The notes: a model not told the origin generated them from the letters alone. Positions 30,478-39,805 are shown, numbered from the stretch's first letter. The stretch is 64,000 bases of DNA from an uncultured Candidatus Saccharibacteria bacterium (GCA_964551495.1 CAZKCA010000003.1:4535-68534); one strand, 5' to 3'. Made by a program: numbers and translations.

Positions 30478-31038
30478 TTATGAAAGTAATTTAATAGCTT
30501 TTTTGATTTTTTCTGTCAAATCTTCAGTTTCTGGTATTTTTTTCAAAACTTCTCTTACTTCTCTTTCTCCATATCCAAGAGAAGTTAGGGCCAATAGTGC
30601 ATCTACATCTTGAGATAGGGAAGAAGAAGTTTCTTGGCCAAAGTTAGAAACTTTATCTTTTAGTTCCACAACTATTTTTTCGGCGCTTTTTTTACCAAGT
30701 CCTGAAACTTTTACCAAGTGACTTATATCTCCTGATGCAATACCGTTGATCAGGTTTTTAAGAGATGCTACAGACATTATGGCCATAGCTGATTTTGGTC
30801 CTATACCTGACACAGACAAAAGAAGCTCAAAAAATTCTATTTCTTCTTTTTGACTGAAACCATAAAGATCTAGGGCGTTTTCTCTTACGGCTAAATAAGT
30901 CCAAAAGGAATAATCTTTTTCTTTTGTTGTTTGTAAATAGGCTGTATTTGTATATATTTTGTATCCAACTCCAGAGACGTCTAGTATTACGTATTTTGGA
31001 TCGGTATGTATTATTTTGCCAGACAAGTGTCCTATCAT
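30478..31038 (-). CDS. ruvA: Holliday junction branch migration protein RuvA
   Basis: GVGY, LYGF, VSGIGPKSA, GLGKKSAEKIVVELKDK. Confidence 0.97.
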   Translation of the reverse strand: MIGHLSGKIIHTDPKYVILDVSGVGYKIYTNTAYLQTTKEKDYSFWTYLAVRENALDLYGFSQKEEIEFFELLLSVSGIGPKSAMAIMSVASLKNLINGIASGDISHLVKVSGLGKKSAEKIVVELKDKVSNFGQETSSSLSQDVDALLALTSLGYGEREVREVLKKIPETEDLTEKIKKAIKLLS

Positions 31039-31125
31039 GTTAAGTATTATACATAAAGAAACCTCTTTAATCTATTTGGCTAAAAACTTGCTTTATTTTG
31101 TATTCTGTTATACTCTACTTGGCAT

Positions 31126-31389
31126 ATGCCAATCATTAAATCAGCCAAAAAAGCACTAAGAAGCTCTAAAAGAAAGAGAGTTTTTAATCTTAGAAAAAAA
31201 GAAGCTGTTAGCAAAACAATAAAAGAAGTAAAAAAACTATTATCTGAAAAAAAGGTAAAAGAAGCAGAAGCTCTAATGCCTAAGGTTCAGAAAATTTTAG
31301 ATAAATCTGCTAAAACAGGTCTTCTAAAGAAGAACACAGTTTCTAGAAAAAAAGCAAGAATAGCGAAAATGATAAAAAAAGCTAAATAA
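31126..31389 (+). CDS. rpsT: 30S ribosomal protein S20
   Basis: MPIIKSAKKALR, LDKSAKTG..KKNTVSRKK. Confidence 0.97.
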   Translation: MPIIKSAKKALRSSKRKRVFNLRKKEAVSKTIKEVKKLLSEKKVKEAEALMPKVQKILDKSAKTGLLKKNTVSRKKARIAKMIKKAK

Positions 31390-31419
31390 CAAAAAACCAC
31401 CAGTAGGTGGTTTTTTGTT
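31388..31419 (+). terminator. intrinsic terminator
   Basis: AACAAAAAACCACC-AGTA-GGTGGTTTTTTGTT. Confidence 0.8.
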
Positions 31420-31464
31420 TTAATGGTTGGTATAATTTTGGTATTAGAAGTTAATTTTAAAAAT

Positions 31465-31683
31465 ATGGGATTTTTTGAAGGATTTTTTAGTGGAAATAAA
31501 GAGGAAGAAAAATCAGTTGCTACAGAAGGAGTAGAAGAGGAAACAAATTCTTATAAAGAATTAATGATGCTTGAGGATCAAATAGAAAAAGCGAATAATG
31601 ATCCAGAATTTGCTGAAACAATAGATAGGAAATTCATAGAAGAAAAGATAGCTAATCTTAAAGAAAGACTAAATATACAGTAA
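31465..31683 (+). CDS. small acidic hypothetical protein
   Basis: MGFFEGFF... ORF followed by terminator 31684-31713. Confidence 0.6.
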   Translation: MGFFEGFFSGNKEEEKSVATEGVEEETNSYKELMMLEDQIEKANNDPEFAETIDRKFIEEKIANLKERLNIQ

Positions 31684-31714
31684 TATAAAAACACCCGAAA
31701 GGGTGTTTTTATAA

Positions 31715-31785
31715 GCCTTCTTAGTTCAGTGGTAGAACAGTGGTATCGTAAACCACAAACATCAGTTCGATTCTGATAGGGGGCT
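31715..31785 (+). tRNA. tRNA-Thr(CGT)
   Basis: GCCTTCT/AGGGGGC acceptor, GTGGT-ATCGTAA-ACCAC anticodon arm, AGTTCGATTCT. Confidence 0.88.
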
Positions 31786-32065
31786 CAAATTTGTTGTTTA
31801 GGTAGGTTGTAAATCTAAAGAAAAGCAAATCATTGCTTGGTAGGAAATTCGTCACCAGCTCTCTCTTTGCTGTCCGCCTTGTTGTCGAGACAGGTCGCAA
31901 AATTGATAGGAATCGATCCTTACAGGGGGAGTACCCCAATTGGATATTTTTTTTCGTAAACTCCAAAAATATCGCAATCGGGCTTCGATTCCTAACGAAA
32001 AGCAATAACATTGTTTTTCTCCGAGAGCACAATAATAAAACCCCTGAAAGGGTGTTTTATTATTG

Positions 32066-32137
32066 TGCTCTCGGTAGGAATCGAACCTACATTACAACTT
32101 CCGCAAAGTTGCGTCCTATCCATTGAACGACGAGAGC
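32066..32137 (-). tRNA. tRNA-Arg(GCG)
   Basis: GCTCTCG acceptor, CAACT-TTGCGGA-AGTTG anticodon arm, GGTTCGATTCC. Confidence 0.9.
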
Positions 32138-32164
32138 AGATGCCTCAAGACTATCACAAAGAAA

Positions 32165-32620
32165 TTAGAAACCAAAGTAGATTAAAAGTTTTGCAAGAAA
32201 AGGTTCTGTATGAGTTTCTTCTTCCAAAAAGTCTTCCAAAAAGTCTCTTATTTCTTCAGGATCATGTTCTTTGATTAGTATTATTACATAAGAAGACAAC
32301 TTCTTTTTTAATTGAAAGATTATTCTAGGGTATTTGTCTTTATTTTCTACATGAAAAGATTTTATATCTGAGTATGGGTAGTAAATATTACCGTGTATGA
32401 TACCTTTTTGATTTAGTTCAATCTTTATATTTTGAGGTTTACGTGAAGCATAAAGAGTCAGTGTAAACATTGCTACCAGAAGTAATACAGCAAAAATAAC
32501 ATTGTTTAACATTATAGAAATCGTAGCCGCTGAAACTGTAATTATACCTACTATCCAATACCAATCTGATGTTTTTTCTGTATGAATATATTCAGGTGCA
32601 ATCCAATTTATTTTTTCCAT
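32165..32620 (-). CDS. membrane hypothetical protein (2 TM + PH-like domain)
   Basis: 'W.APEY..EK..DWYW' pattern, two TM helices. Confidence 0.75.
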   Translation of the reverse strand: MEKINWIAPEYIHTEKTSDWYWIVGIITVSAATISIMLNNVIFAVLLLVAMFTLTLYASRKPQNIKIELNQKGIIHGNIYYPYSDIKSFHVENKDKYPRIIFQLKKKLSSYVIILIKEHDPEEIRDFLEDFLEEETHTEPFLAKLLIYFGF

Positions 32621-32632
32621 AGTCTAATTATA

Positions 32633-33070
32633 TCATTTTAAAGGTCTCAAGTGAGAAGCTATACCCAAAGCCGCAGCAATAAGAGCTGTGTTCTTAATAA
32701 TGTACTGTCCTTCTAATGTTGGAGACATAAAACCCAACCATGTCACAGGAGTTAAAACAAATAAAGGGAGAACTGTTGTTATCATATGTATAAAAAGTAA
32801 AGGGATAACAACTCTTTCCACTTTTGGGATTATAAATAAAATTCCTATAAGCATTTCAAATAATCCAAACAAAACAATAAAAACTTCAAAAGAAATAAAA
32901 GGGAGAGTTCTTGAAAGTAAGTCATTTACTAAAGGGTTTGCTGGACTCTGATCTAAAACTTTCAGAAAACCAAACCAGAAAAATATTATAAACAAACTAA
33001 TTCTGGCAAAAGGGATAGATATCTTTTTGAAGAAATTTATCAAATGTAAGTCAAATGATTTAATATTCAT
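32633..33070 (-). CDS. DoxX/YkgB-like membrane protein
   Basis: RISL.IIFFWFGFLK, TLEGQYIIKN. Confidence 0.8.
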   Translation of the reverse strand: MNIKSFDLHLINFFKKISIPFARISLFIIFFWFGFLKVLDQSPANPLVNDLLSRTLPFISFEVFIVLFGLFEMLIGILFIIPKVERVVIPLLFIHMITTVLPLFVLTPVTWLGFMSPTLEGQYIIKNTALIAAALGIASHLRPLK

Positions 33071-33071
33071 A

Positions 33072-34325
33072 TTATCTTATTTTAGTTATGTCTCTTGGAT
33101 AAAAAATGTCTAGAGTCCATTCAAATGCTATATGAAATCTTTTTTGCCAAGAAAGAAATTTGAATAAATAAACGGTTCTCCATATCCACCATGCAATTTT
33201 TCCACTTATTACCACAGAGAAAACTTCTCCAGTAGCATACCATTGACCCAAAGAAACCAATGTTCCTTTTGATTTGTATATAAAGTTTTTTAGTTTTTTA
33301 TTTTTTATTGTAGCTATTATATTTTTGGCAACAAATTCTGCTTCGGCTACTGCTACTTGAGCAAGCATTGGAGGAGGAGGAACATTTTCTCCTTGGTTTA
33401 CACATGCGGTATCACCTAGAACAAAAACATCAGAAATGCCAATCATCCTGAGAAAAGAATCTGTTTCCATTCTTCCGCCTAAAAGACTTGGTTCATGTTC
33501 TATGTATTTTGGTGGCACAGGTGTTACACCAGTTGCCCAAATTATTGTACTAGCGGATATAGAATTACCATCATCAAAAACTATTTCCTGTGGTTTTACA
33601 GAAGAAACTTTTTTAGACATCATAAGAGTTATTCCCATTTTCTGTAATCTTTGGGTGGCTATTGTTTGAATTTTTTTATTAAAAGGCCTAAGTATTGTGT
33701 CTCCTGTATCTACCAAGCAAACAGAAATGTCTTTTACATGGTATCTTTTCTCACCTTTGTAGTATCGATTTTTTATTTCTCCTGCAAACTCTGCTATTTC
33801 AGAAACAGTTTCTACTCCAGTGGGGCCTCCACCTACCACAACAAAAGTTAAAAGTTTTTTTCTCTCTTCTTCATTTTTAGACAAAGTAGCCTTCTCAAAA
33901 GCATCTATTATTTGGGATCTTATTTTTACAGCGTCATCTAGATTTTTAAGACCAAAGGTGTTTTCTTTGGCACCTTCTATTCCATAATAATTAGTTTCAG
34001 CTCCGGTAGCCAAAACAAGATAGTCGTATTTTATCTCACAATTTTCTGTGGAAATCTTTTTATCTTTTGGGTTAATTGATAAAACAGTGTCTTGATATAT
34101 TGTGATTCCGCTATTTTTAAAAATTTCTCTTATTGGTTCAGAAACAGAAGTTGGTCTCAGTCCTCCAGTAGCCACTTCGTGAAGTAGTGGGGTAAATAGA
34201 AAATAATTTGTTTTATTAATAAGTGTTACATCTATTTTATTTTTCTTAACAAAAGGAGCCAAATGTCTTGCTGTATAAAGCCCTCCAAATCCTGCTCCGA
34301 CTATAACTATATGTGGTTTTGCCAT
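33072..34325 (-). CDS. ndh: type II NADH dehydrogenase (NAD(P)/FAD oxidoreductase)
   Basis: GAGFGG, FTPLLHEVATG, YDYLVLATG, GGGPTGVE, P.LAQVA, YKSKG. Confidence 0.9.
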   Translation of the reverse strand: MAKPHIVIVGAGFGGLYTARHLAPFVKKNKIDVTLINKTNYFLFTPLLHEVATGGLRPTSVSEPIREIFKNSGITIYQDTVLSINPKDKKISTENCEIKYDYLVLATGAETNYYGIEGAKENTFGLKNLDDAVKIRSQIIDAFEKATLSKNEEERKKLLTFVVVGGGPTGVETVSEIAEFAGEIKNRYYKGEKRYHVKDISVCLVDTGDTILRPFNKKIQTIATQRLQKMGITLMMSKKVSSVKPQEIVFDDGNSISASTIIWATGVTPVPPKYIEHEPSLLGGRMETDSFLRMIGISDVFVLGDTACVNQGENVPPPPMLAQVAVAEAEFVAKNIIATIKNKKLKNFIYKSKGTLVSLGQWYATGEVFSVVISGKIAWWIWRTVYLFKFLSWQKRFHIAFEWTLDIFYPRDITKIR

Positions 34326-34369
34326 AATCCTAATTATAACTTATGGGGCTATAATCGGAAGGGGAAAAG

Positions 34370-34393
34370 AAAAAACACCTGAAGGTGTTTTTT
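34370..34393. terminator. terminator hairpin at the left att (probable original tRNA-Ser terminator)
   Basis: AAAAAACACC-TGAA-GGTGTTTTTT abutting the tRNA-Ser 3' fragment. Confidence 0.65.
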
Positions 34394-34411
34394 GCGGAGG
34401 AGGTGAGATTC
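34394..34411 (-). repeat. att site (duplicated tRNA-Ser 3' end)
   Basis: Identical to 53279-53296. Confidence 0.85.
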
Positions 34412-34753
34412 TCCCTCGACTCAAATACTCGCCGTCTCTCGTATTTGGTCTGGGCACCGACTCACAACCCATTGCTCTCGATGGGTGCCCGCTCTGTCGT
34501 TCGAATCTCACCTCCTCATTTAGACAAACAAAAAATTCCTAATACCTCAATCGGTATTAGGAATTTCCGTTGCGGTGTACTCGGGTATGGTACCCCACAC
34601 TCCAAGCCTTGTAAGGCTATTTTAGCGCATTTGAGATGAGAAGAAAAAGGTTTGTGGGTCGGGTCTCTTTTCTGAGCATGAGACATCTAAGGGGGTTAGT
34701 GAGCTGTGCCCACAAATGCCAACAAATGCCAATTTTTTGATATAATAAAAAAC

Positions 34754-35479
34754 ATGACAGTCGGCGAATTGGTATATCAAACAGCAATCAAAGAGGGATA
34801 CAGCCCAACTTTTGCAGAAGGGCTTATTTCACCGTTGAATAATGCGGTAGAGGCGTACCAAAAAGCTTTTGAATATATAAGGGAACCCCTCAAGACGGTC
34901 AGTTCGGTAATCGAATCTGTACGACCTCAAATGGAAGCTATGGCAAAATTGCCTCTTCCTTCAATACCACAGATAACAATGCCGGCACTTCCTGAAACTT
35001 TTGACGAGGAGGATGGTTATTTCATGCCCGTATTAACACGACCGGTTCAGGAGGTTCGGATTGTGAACCCCGAGGACATTGTCGTCGCACCAGCGAGACA
35101 AAACCATAAATATGTAACTGCCTCATATCAACTCCCTGGTAATGCTAAATGGGAATCCCTCGACATCCAGTTCGTCGATGGGCATTTCGTCAGGGTATCG
35201 TATCCAAAAATGGAACCAAAGAAATTCGACTTCAAAGACATGGGATTTCTCAACACGAAGACGAACCGCCCCGACCGCAAGTGGGAGTTACTCAGGGAAA
35301 TGGCCGATAACGGTGGTGCGTTAGCCAACGATAAGTGGGATGGGCGGTATAGTAGGAACATCAAGTACGACCTAAATGTTCAACTCAGAGAGTTCTTCGG
35401 TATGAATGAAAACCCGATCCCTCATTACACTAAGAAGAATGGGTACTGGGCGAAATTTACACTACGAGGAGACAGATAG
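34754..35479 (+). CDS. hypothetical protein, possible C-terminal winged-helix-like domain
   Basis: ATG 34754 follows TGnTATAAT; hairpin 35502-35540 downstream. Confidence 0.65.
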   Translation: MTVGELVYQTAIKEGYSPTFAEGLISPLNNAVEAYQKAFEYIREPLKTVSSVIESVRPQMEAMAKLPLPSIPQITMPALPETFDEEDGYFMPVLTRPVQEVRIVNPEDIVVAPARQNHKYVTASYQLPGNAKWESLDIQFVDGHFVRVSYPKMEPKKFDFKDMGFLNTKTNRPDRKWELLREMADNGGALANDKWDGRYSRNIKYDLNVQLREFFGMNENPIPHYTKKNGYWAKFTLRGDR

Positions 35480-35655
35480 TCATTTCAACTGAGATGACGA
35501 AACAAAGACCCTTAGCTGGAAACAGCAAAGGGTCTTTTGTATTAAGGATATTTTTGGTCACAGTTCCTGAAAGTCAAAAGAAAATTGTCATTTTGTCATT
35601 CAATGACGAATAAGGGTAGAAGAGCTTAATAAAACCCTCTTCTGACATTAACCCT

Positions 35656-36951
35656 ATGGCAAAACAAAAGATCATATGGTCGCCAACCACTCGCAAGCTC
35701 GGCGACTTGATCAAAAACGGGTATAACCCACGCTCGTTAAGCGAGAATGAACGCAGGGACTTGGAGAAGTCCGTGAAAGAGTTCGGAACGGTTGTCCCTA
35801 TCGTCCTCAACATCGGCTCGCGAGCCAACACCATCATCGGCGGCGAACAGCGGGTCAAGGTATACGCCGACCTCGGTATTGAGGAGGTCGAATGTATGAT
35901 ACCTTCCCGAGAGCTAACGCTCAGTGAAGAACGAGAACTTAACCTCCGCCTCAACAAGAATACTGGCTCTTGGAATGAAGAGCTTCTCAAAGATTTCGAC
36001 ATGAACGTACTGCTCGATGTCGGCTTTGGTGACGAGGAGCTTCAGAACCTCTTCGACGACGTCGATGTAGTCGATGACGATTTCAATATAGAGAAAGCAC
36101 TCAAGGATACGATCACGCCAAAAGTGAAGTCGGGAGAAATCTGGGAACTCGGTAAGCATCGTCTTCTTGTCGGCGACTCGACTGACAAGGAATCGGTGGA
36201 GAGACTTATGAACGGAGACTTAGCGGACATCGTGTACTGCGATCCTCCCTACAACATTGGTCTCGACTATTCCAAGGGAGTTGGCAACAAAGAAAAGTAT
36301 CAAGGTTCATATTCCGGTAAGGACGACTCCAAGAAGGACAGTGAGTACATGGAATTCTTGGACAAGAGCATGGAGGTGGCAAAAAGCATAAGCAAGAAAG
36401 ACGCCCATCTATTCTACTGGTGCGATTCTTCATACATTGGGGTGGTGCAGAGCTTGTATGCAAAGCACAAGGTTGATGCGAAGCGTGTCTGCCTGTGGCT
36501 TAAGAATAATCAAAATCCTACGCACAAAATCGCCTTCAATAAAGTGTATGAGCCGTGTGTATACGGAACGACTGGCAAACCGTATCTCAACCAGGGGCTA
36601 AATAACGTAAACGAAATTCTCAACCAGGAAGTAACCACCGGCAATCAGGTGCATGACGAGATATTAGACATGATCGACATCTGGATCGAGAAGCGAGACA
36701 ACGCTCAGTCATACCAGCACCCTACTCAAAAACCTGTAACCCTGAATGAGAAACCGTTCAAACGATGCAGTGCTCCACTTCACATTGTCTATAGCGGATT
36801 TGCCGGAAGCGGCAGTGACCTCATTGCGGCAGAAGAACTGAATCGCGTATGGCGAGGTGTCGAGGTTGATCTCATCTTCGCGACCATCGTTATCGACCGA
36901 TGGGAGAAATTTACCAATCTTAAGGCAAAGAAAATCTATGGAAATAACTAA
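35656..36951 (+). CDS. ParB-N-domain DNA N6A/N4C methyltransferase
   Basis: YNPR..., 'IIGGEQRVK', 'LNLRLNKNTGSW', GEIWELGKHRLLVGDST, DPPY, HPTQKP, FAGSGS. Confidence 0.9.
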   Translation: MAKQKIIWSPTTRKLGDLIKNGYNPRSLSENERRDLEKSVKEFGTVVPIVLNIGSRANTIIGGEQRVKVYADLGIEEVECMIPSRELTLSEERELNLRLNKNTGSWNEELLKDFDMNVLLDVGFGDEELQNLFDDVDVVDDDFNIEKALKDTITPKVKSGEIWELGKHRLLVGDSTDKESVERLMNGDLADIVYCDPPYNIGLDYSKGVGNKEKYQGSYSGKDDSKKDSEYMEFLDKSMEVAKSISKKDAHLFYWCDSSYIGVVQSLYAKHKVDAKRVCLWLKNNQNPTHKIAFNKVYEPCVYGTTGKPYLNQGLNNVNEILNQEVTTGNQVHDEILDMIDIWIEKRDNAQSYQHPTQKPVTLNEKPFKRCSAPLHIVYSGFAGSGSDLIAAEELNRVWRGVEVDLIFATIVIDRWEKFTNLKAKKIYGNN

Positions 36952-37687
36952 AGGAGACATATTCAAGGTCGGCGATCACACTATCGCGTGCGGTGATTCG
37001 CTTGATAGAGCCTTTGTCAGCAGGGTCATCGGGTCAAGTAAAGTACGGGCGGTCATCACCGACCCTCCTTATGGCGTTGCGTATGTTGAGAACAAGAAAG
37101 GCATATCGAAGCTCGGTGTAAAAGACGAAAAAGCAATCGTGGGCGACCATCTCCAAAGTGAAGATGAGTACGAGGAATTTACTCGCAAGTACCTTGGAAT
37201 GGTCGTGCCCTATCTTGAGGAATACAACGCGGTTTACATCTTTAATGCCGACCCAATGTTTCCGAGTCTTCGATCAGGTATGAAGTCTGCAGGCTTCTAC
37301 TATAGCCAAATGATCATCTGGCTCAAAAACCAACCTGTCATGAGTCGAAAGGATTACCTTTCGCTTTATGAACTCATCGCCTACGGCTGGTTCGGCAAGC
37401 ACAAGATGGAACGATCAAAAGCAAAGAACGTGATCTACTATCCACGACCGACACGATCAAGACTGCATCCGACGCAAAAACCCGTGGGACTTTTGCGAAA
37501 GATTATCCCTAACTCAACGAAGGTCGGCGACATTGTCTATGACCCCTTCCTTGGAAGCGGGTCGATCGCTGTTGCGTGTGAACACTTAGGTCGAAAGTGT
37601 ATCGGCATCGAGCTTGATGAGGCGTATGTGGTGGCGTCACTCAAAAGGCTTGAGAAGCTCACCGGCGCAAAGGCGGTGAAAGTATGA
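36938..37687 (+). CDS. DNA N6A/N4C methyltransferase
   Basis: GDH.IACGDS, TDPPY, HPTQKP, DPFLGSGS, GIELD. Confidence 0.92.
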   Translation: MEITKGDIFKVGDHTIACGDSLDRAFVSRVIGSSKVRAVITDPPYGVAYVENKKGISKLGVKDEKAIVGDHLQSEDEYEEFTRKYLGMVVPYLEEYNAVYIFNADPMFPSLRSGMKSAGFYYSQMIIWLKNQPVMSRKDYLSLYELIAYGWFGKHKMERSKAKNVIYYPRPTRSRLHPTQKPVGLLRKIIPNSTKVGDIVYDPFLGSGSIAVACEHLGRKCIGIELDEAYVVASLKRLEKLTGAKAVKV

Positions 37688-37691
37688 GTGT

Positions 37692-38066
37692 ATGCAAGAA
37701 GAAGATTTTTCCAAGGATCCGTATAAAAAACAGATCTACGAAACCTACGCTCTTTGGAAGTCTCTTCCCTCATTTCTTAAAGGACAGCCGAGGGTGGCGC
37801 TTGAAAAGTTTGGCATTGAGGAAGAAGCGGTCTTTGAGCTCTTATCAGTAAAGACTCAACTTGATTTTTCCAAGAAGTATGTGGTCGACGTCGGTACGCT
37901 TACTGACTGGAACAAGCGACTTGAGAGGGACGGGATAAGCAAAAACCTAAATGTGTGGGCGCGCAAGCTCACACCGAATGTCATCTTCGCCCTCTACAAA
38001 AACATCATCAAGAGTGGTCGAGCCCACGAGGTACGTGCATGGTTTGAGATCGTAGAAAATCACTAA
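37692..38066 (+). CDS. hypothetical HTH protein (terminase small subunit-like)
   Basis: 'KTQLDFSKKYVVDVGTLTDWNK' HTH-like segment; position after ParB-MTase genes. Confidence 0.5.
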   Translation: MQEEDFSKDPYKKQIYETYALWKSLPSFLKGQPRVALEKFGIEEEAVFELLSVKTQLDFSKKYVVDVGTLTDWNKRLERDGISKNLNVWARKLTPNVIFALYKNIIKSGRAHEVRAWFEIVENH

Positions 38067-38068
38067 AT

Positions 38069-38263
38069 ATGGAACCTATAAATTTAGCAGAAATAAATCA
38101 CATTCTTTCGGACACCCTCCGCAAGGTGTTGAACAAAGAGATATCGCACAAGCAGGCATCTATGATTGCCAGACTTGCTTCTACTCTTTCCAAAAACATC
38201 GTGAATACAGAATTGAAGGAACGGGTCGAATTCCTTGAAAACGCACTACGAAGAAACAAGTAA
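38069..38263 (+). CDS. small hypothetical protein
   Basis: 64-aa ORF in operon, 'ELKERVEFLE' coiled end. Confidence 0.65.
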   Translation: MEPINLAEINHILSDTLRKVLNKEISHKQASMIARLASTLSKNIVNTELKERVEFLENALRRNK

Positions 38264-38264
38264 T

Positions 38265-39761
38265 ATGAAAAATCTCAGTAACATTTTAAGGAGGTCAAAC
38301 ATAACGCCATTTGAGCGAGTGATGACGCTTGTTCGTAACGATGCTCACAAAGAAAAAACTGGCAAAGGCCTGCTGTCAGAATCCGATGTGTATACACTAA
38401 CTCAAGGATGGAATGGGGATACTTCGGAAATAAAGGAATACAACAAATACATAAACATCGCTCGGCTAAAAAGCTCCATGTATATGGATGCCCAAATGTT
38501 CCTCTACAGAGCAGAATTGTCACTTCTACGAAACCAAAGGGTACTGGATACCTTCCTCCCTCGTGTAAGGATGATCAATGAGCTGACAGACCACCCATTT
38601 GCAAAAGACATCCCAGTTGAAGAGAGTGTGCGATTTCTTACACAACATACGCATATAAGGTACGAGAAGGTATTACACATATATACCTTTCACAAACTCC
38701 CTAAGGAAATACAGAGCGACCTACTTCTCTTGGACGAAGAAATCGCGAGTGATGAAAAATATTTAGGAGATCAGGTTTTTCTCTATGAGCTATTTGGTGA
38801 CGGTAATTCGCTAAGCAAGCAGAACAAAGATTTAATAATCACCAACATCTACTCTCGTATGTATTACGAAGGCGTTAAGAAAATCAAAAATAGTACATCG
38901 GAAAAAGATGGCTTTCTGCTCCACCCCTTCTTTGCTGAACTGCCAATCAAAGATTTGTTCCAGAAATTGGTGGATGATGAGCATATTGCATCCGACAAAA
39001 CGGATGATGACAGGGAAGAAGGGATCTTGTCTCTTGTTGAAGAATACGCAAGAAACAAAAATATGAGTATTGAAAGAGTTATTAAAGAAAAGTTGTCACA
39101 ATGGATCGATGAAGGATTGTTCGTCAATGCATACACTCCACTTTTTATGAGCGAACAATTCGACACATGGGGTGGCAATACTAAGAAGAGCCACAAAGAG
39201 TTGTTCGCGATTTGGTATGCAGAACTTCAAAAATCTAAGCTGTATTTTGCAGATCTTTTTAGCGCAAAGAAGCTAGAAAAAAGCACCTTTGAGAAAGAGT
39301 TTTTAGGTGTGCCAAAAAAGATAGAAGTGCTGACTGGAACCAGTTTGTATGCTTGTAAAGAAAAAATTGATTTTGTGGAAGAATACAAGAAGCAAATTAA
39401 ATGTCTTTTGCCAATCGCTAATATATTTCTTTTTATAAAGAAATATGCAACGCCAACTAAAAACTTTAAGACGCTGTGCGAGTTTAAAAAATTGGCTCAA
39501 AAAATATCGTCAATGTTTGATATTGATATGACAGAAAAGTATACAGAGTTCATTAATTCATATCAGGAAGAAGTTGCATTTCTCAACCTAAGCTCAAGCA
39601 GACTCGCAGACACGGCAACAGAACATCTGTACACTCAAGAGTCCCTGCAATATGTCATCGATATTGATGAGCGTTGTTTTGCCTTTGATCTCGAGGAAGA
39701 GGGCGAGACAGCAACTATCGCGCAGATGTACTCCGAAGAATTTAAAAAGCTTGGAGCATGA
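38265..39761 (+). CDS. large alpha-helical hypothetical protein
   Basis: ~500-aa ORF coupled to the previous gene; no recognised motif. Confidence 0.75.
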   Translation: MKNLSNILRRSNITPFERVMTLVRNDAHKEKTGKGLLSESDVYTLTQGWNGDTSEIKEYNKYINIARLKSSMYMDAQMFLYRAELSLLRNQRVLDTFLPRVRMINELTDHPFAKDIPVEESVRFLTQHTHIRYEKVLHIYTFHKLPKEIQSDLLLLDEEIASDEKYLGDQVFLYELFGDGNSLSKQNKDLIITNIYSRMYYEGVKKIKNSTSEKDGFLLHPFFAELPIKDLFQKLVDDEHIASDKTDDDREEGILSLVEEYARNKNMSIERVIKEKLSQWIDEGLFVNAYTPLFMSEQFDTWGGNTKKSHKELFAIWYAELQKSKLYFADLFSAKKLEKSTFEKEFLGVPKKIEVLTGTSLYACKEKIDFVEEYKKQIKCLLPIANIFLFIKKYATPTKNFKTLCEFKKLAQKISSMFDIDMTEKYTEFINSYQEEVAFLNLSSSRLADTATEHLYTQESLQYVIDIDERCFAFDLEEEGETATIAQMYSEEFKKLGA

Positions 39762-39805
39762 AAATATTGTTGGCCATAGTAAATAATTCGGGTCACTTTT
39801 TATCC

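Noticed and set aside
31721-32274. ORFs 31721-32032, 31833-32126 and 32011-32274
   Set aside because: They overlap tRNA-Thr, tRNA-Arg and palindromic repeats; spurious
34394-34517. Intron-containing or second tRNA-Ser gene
   Set aside because: Only 3'-end fragments in opposite orientations; no D-arm or anticodon arm
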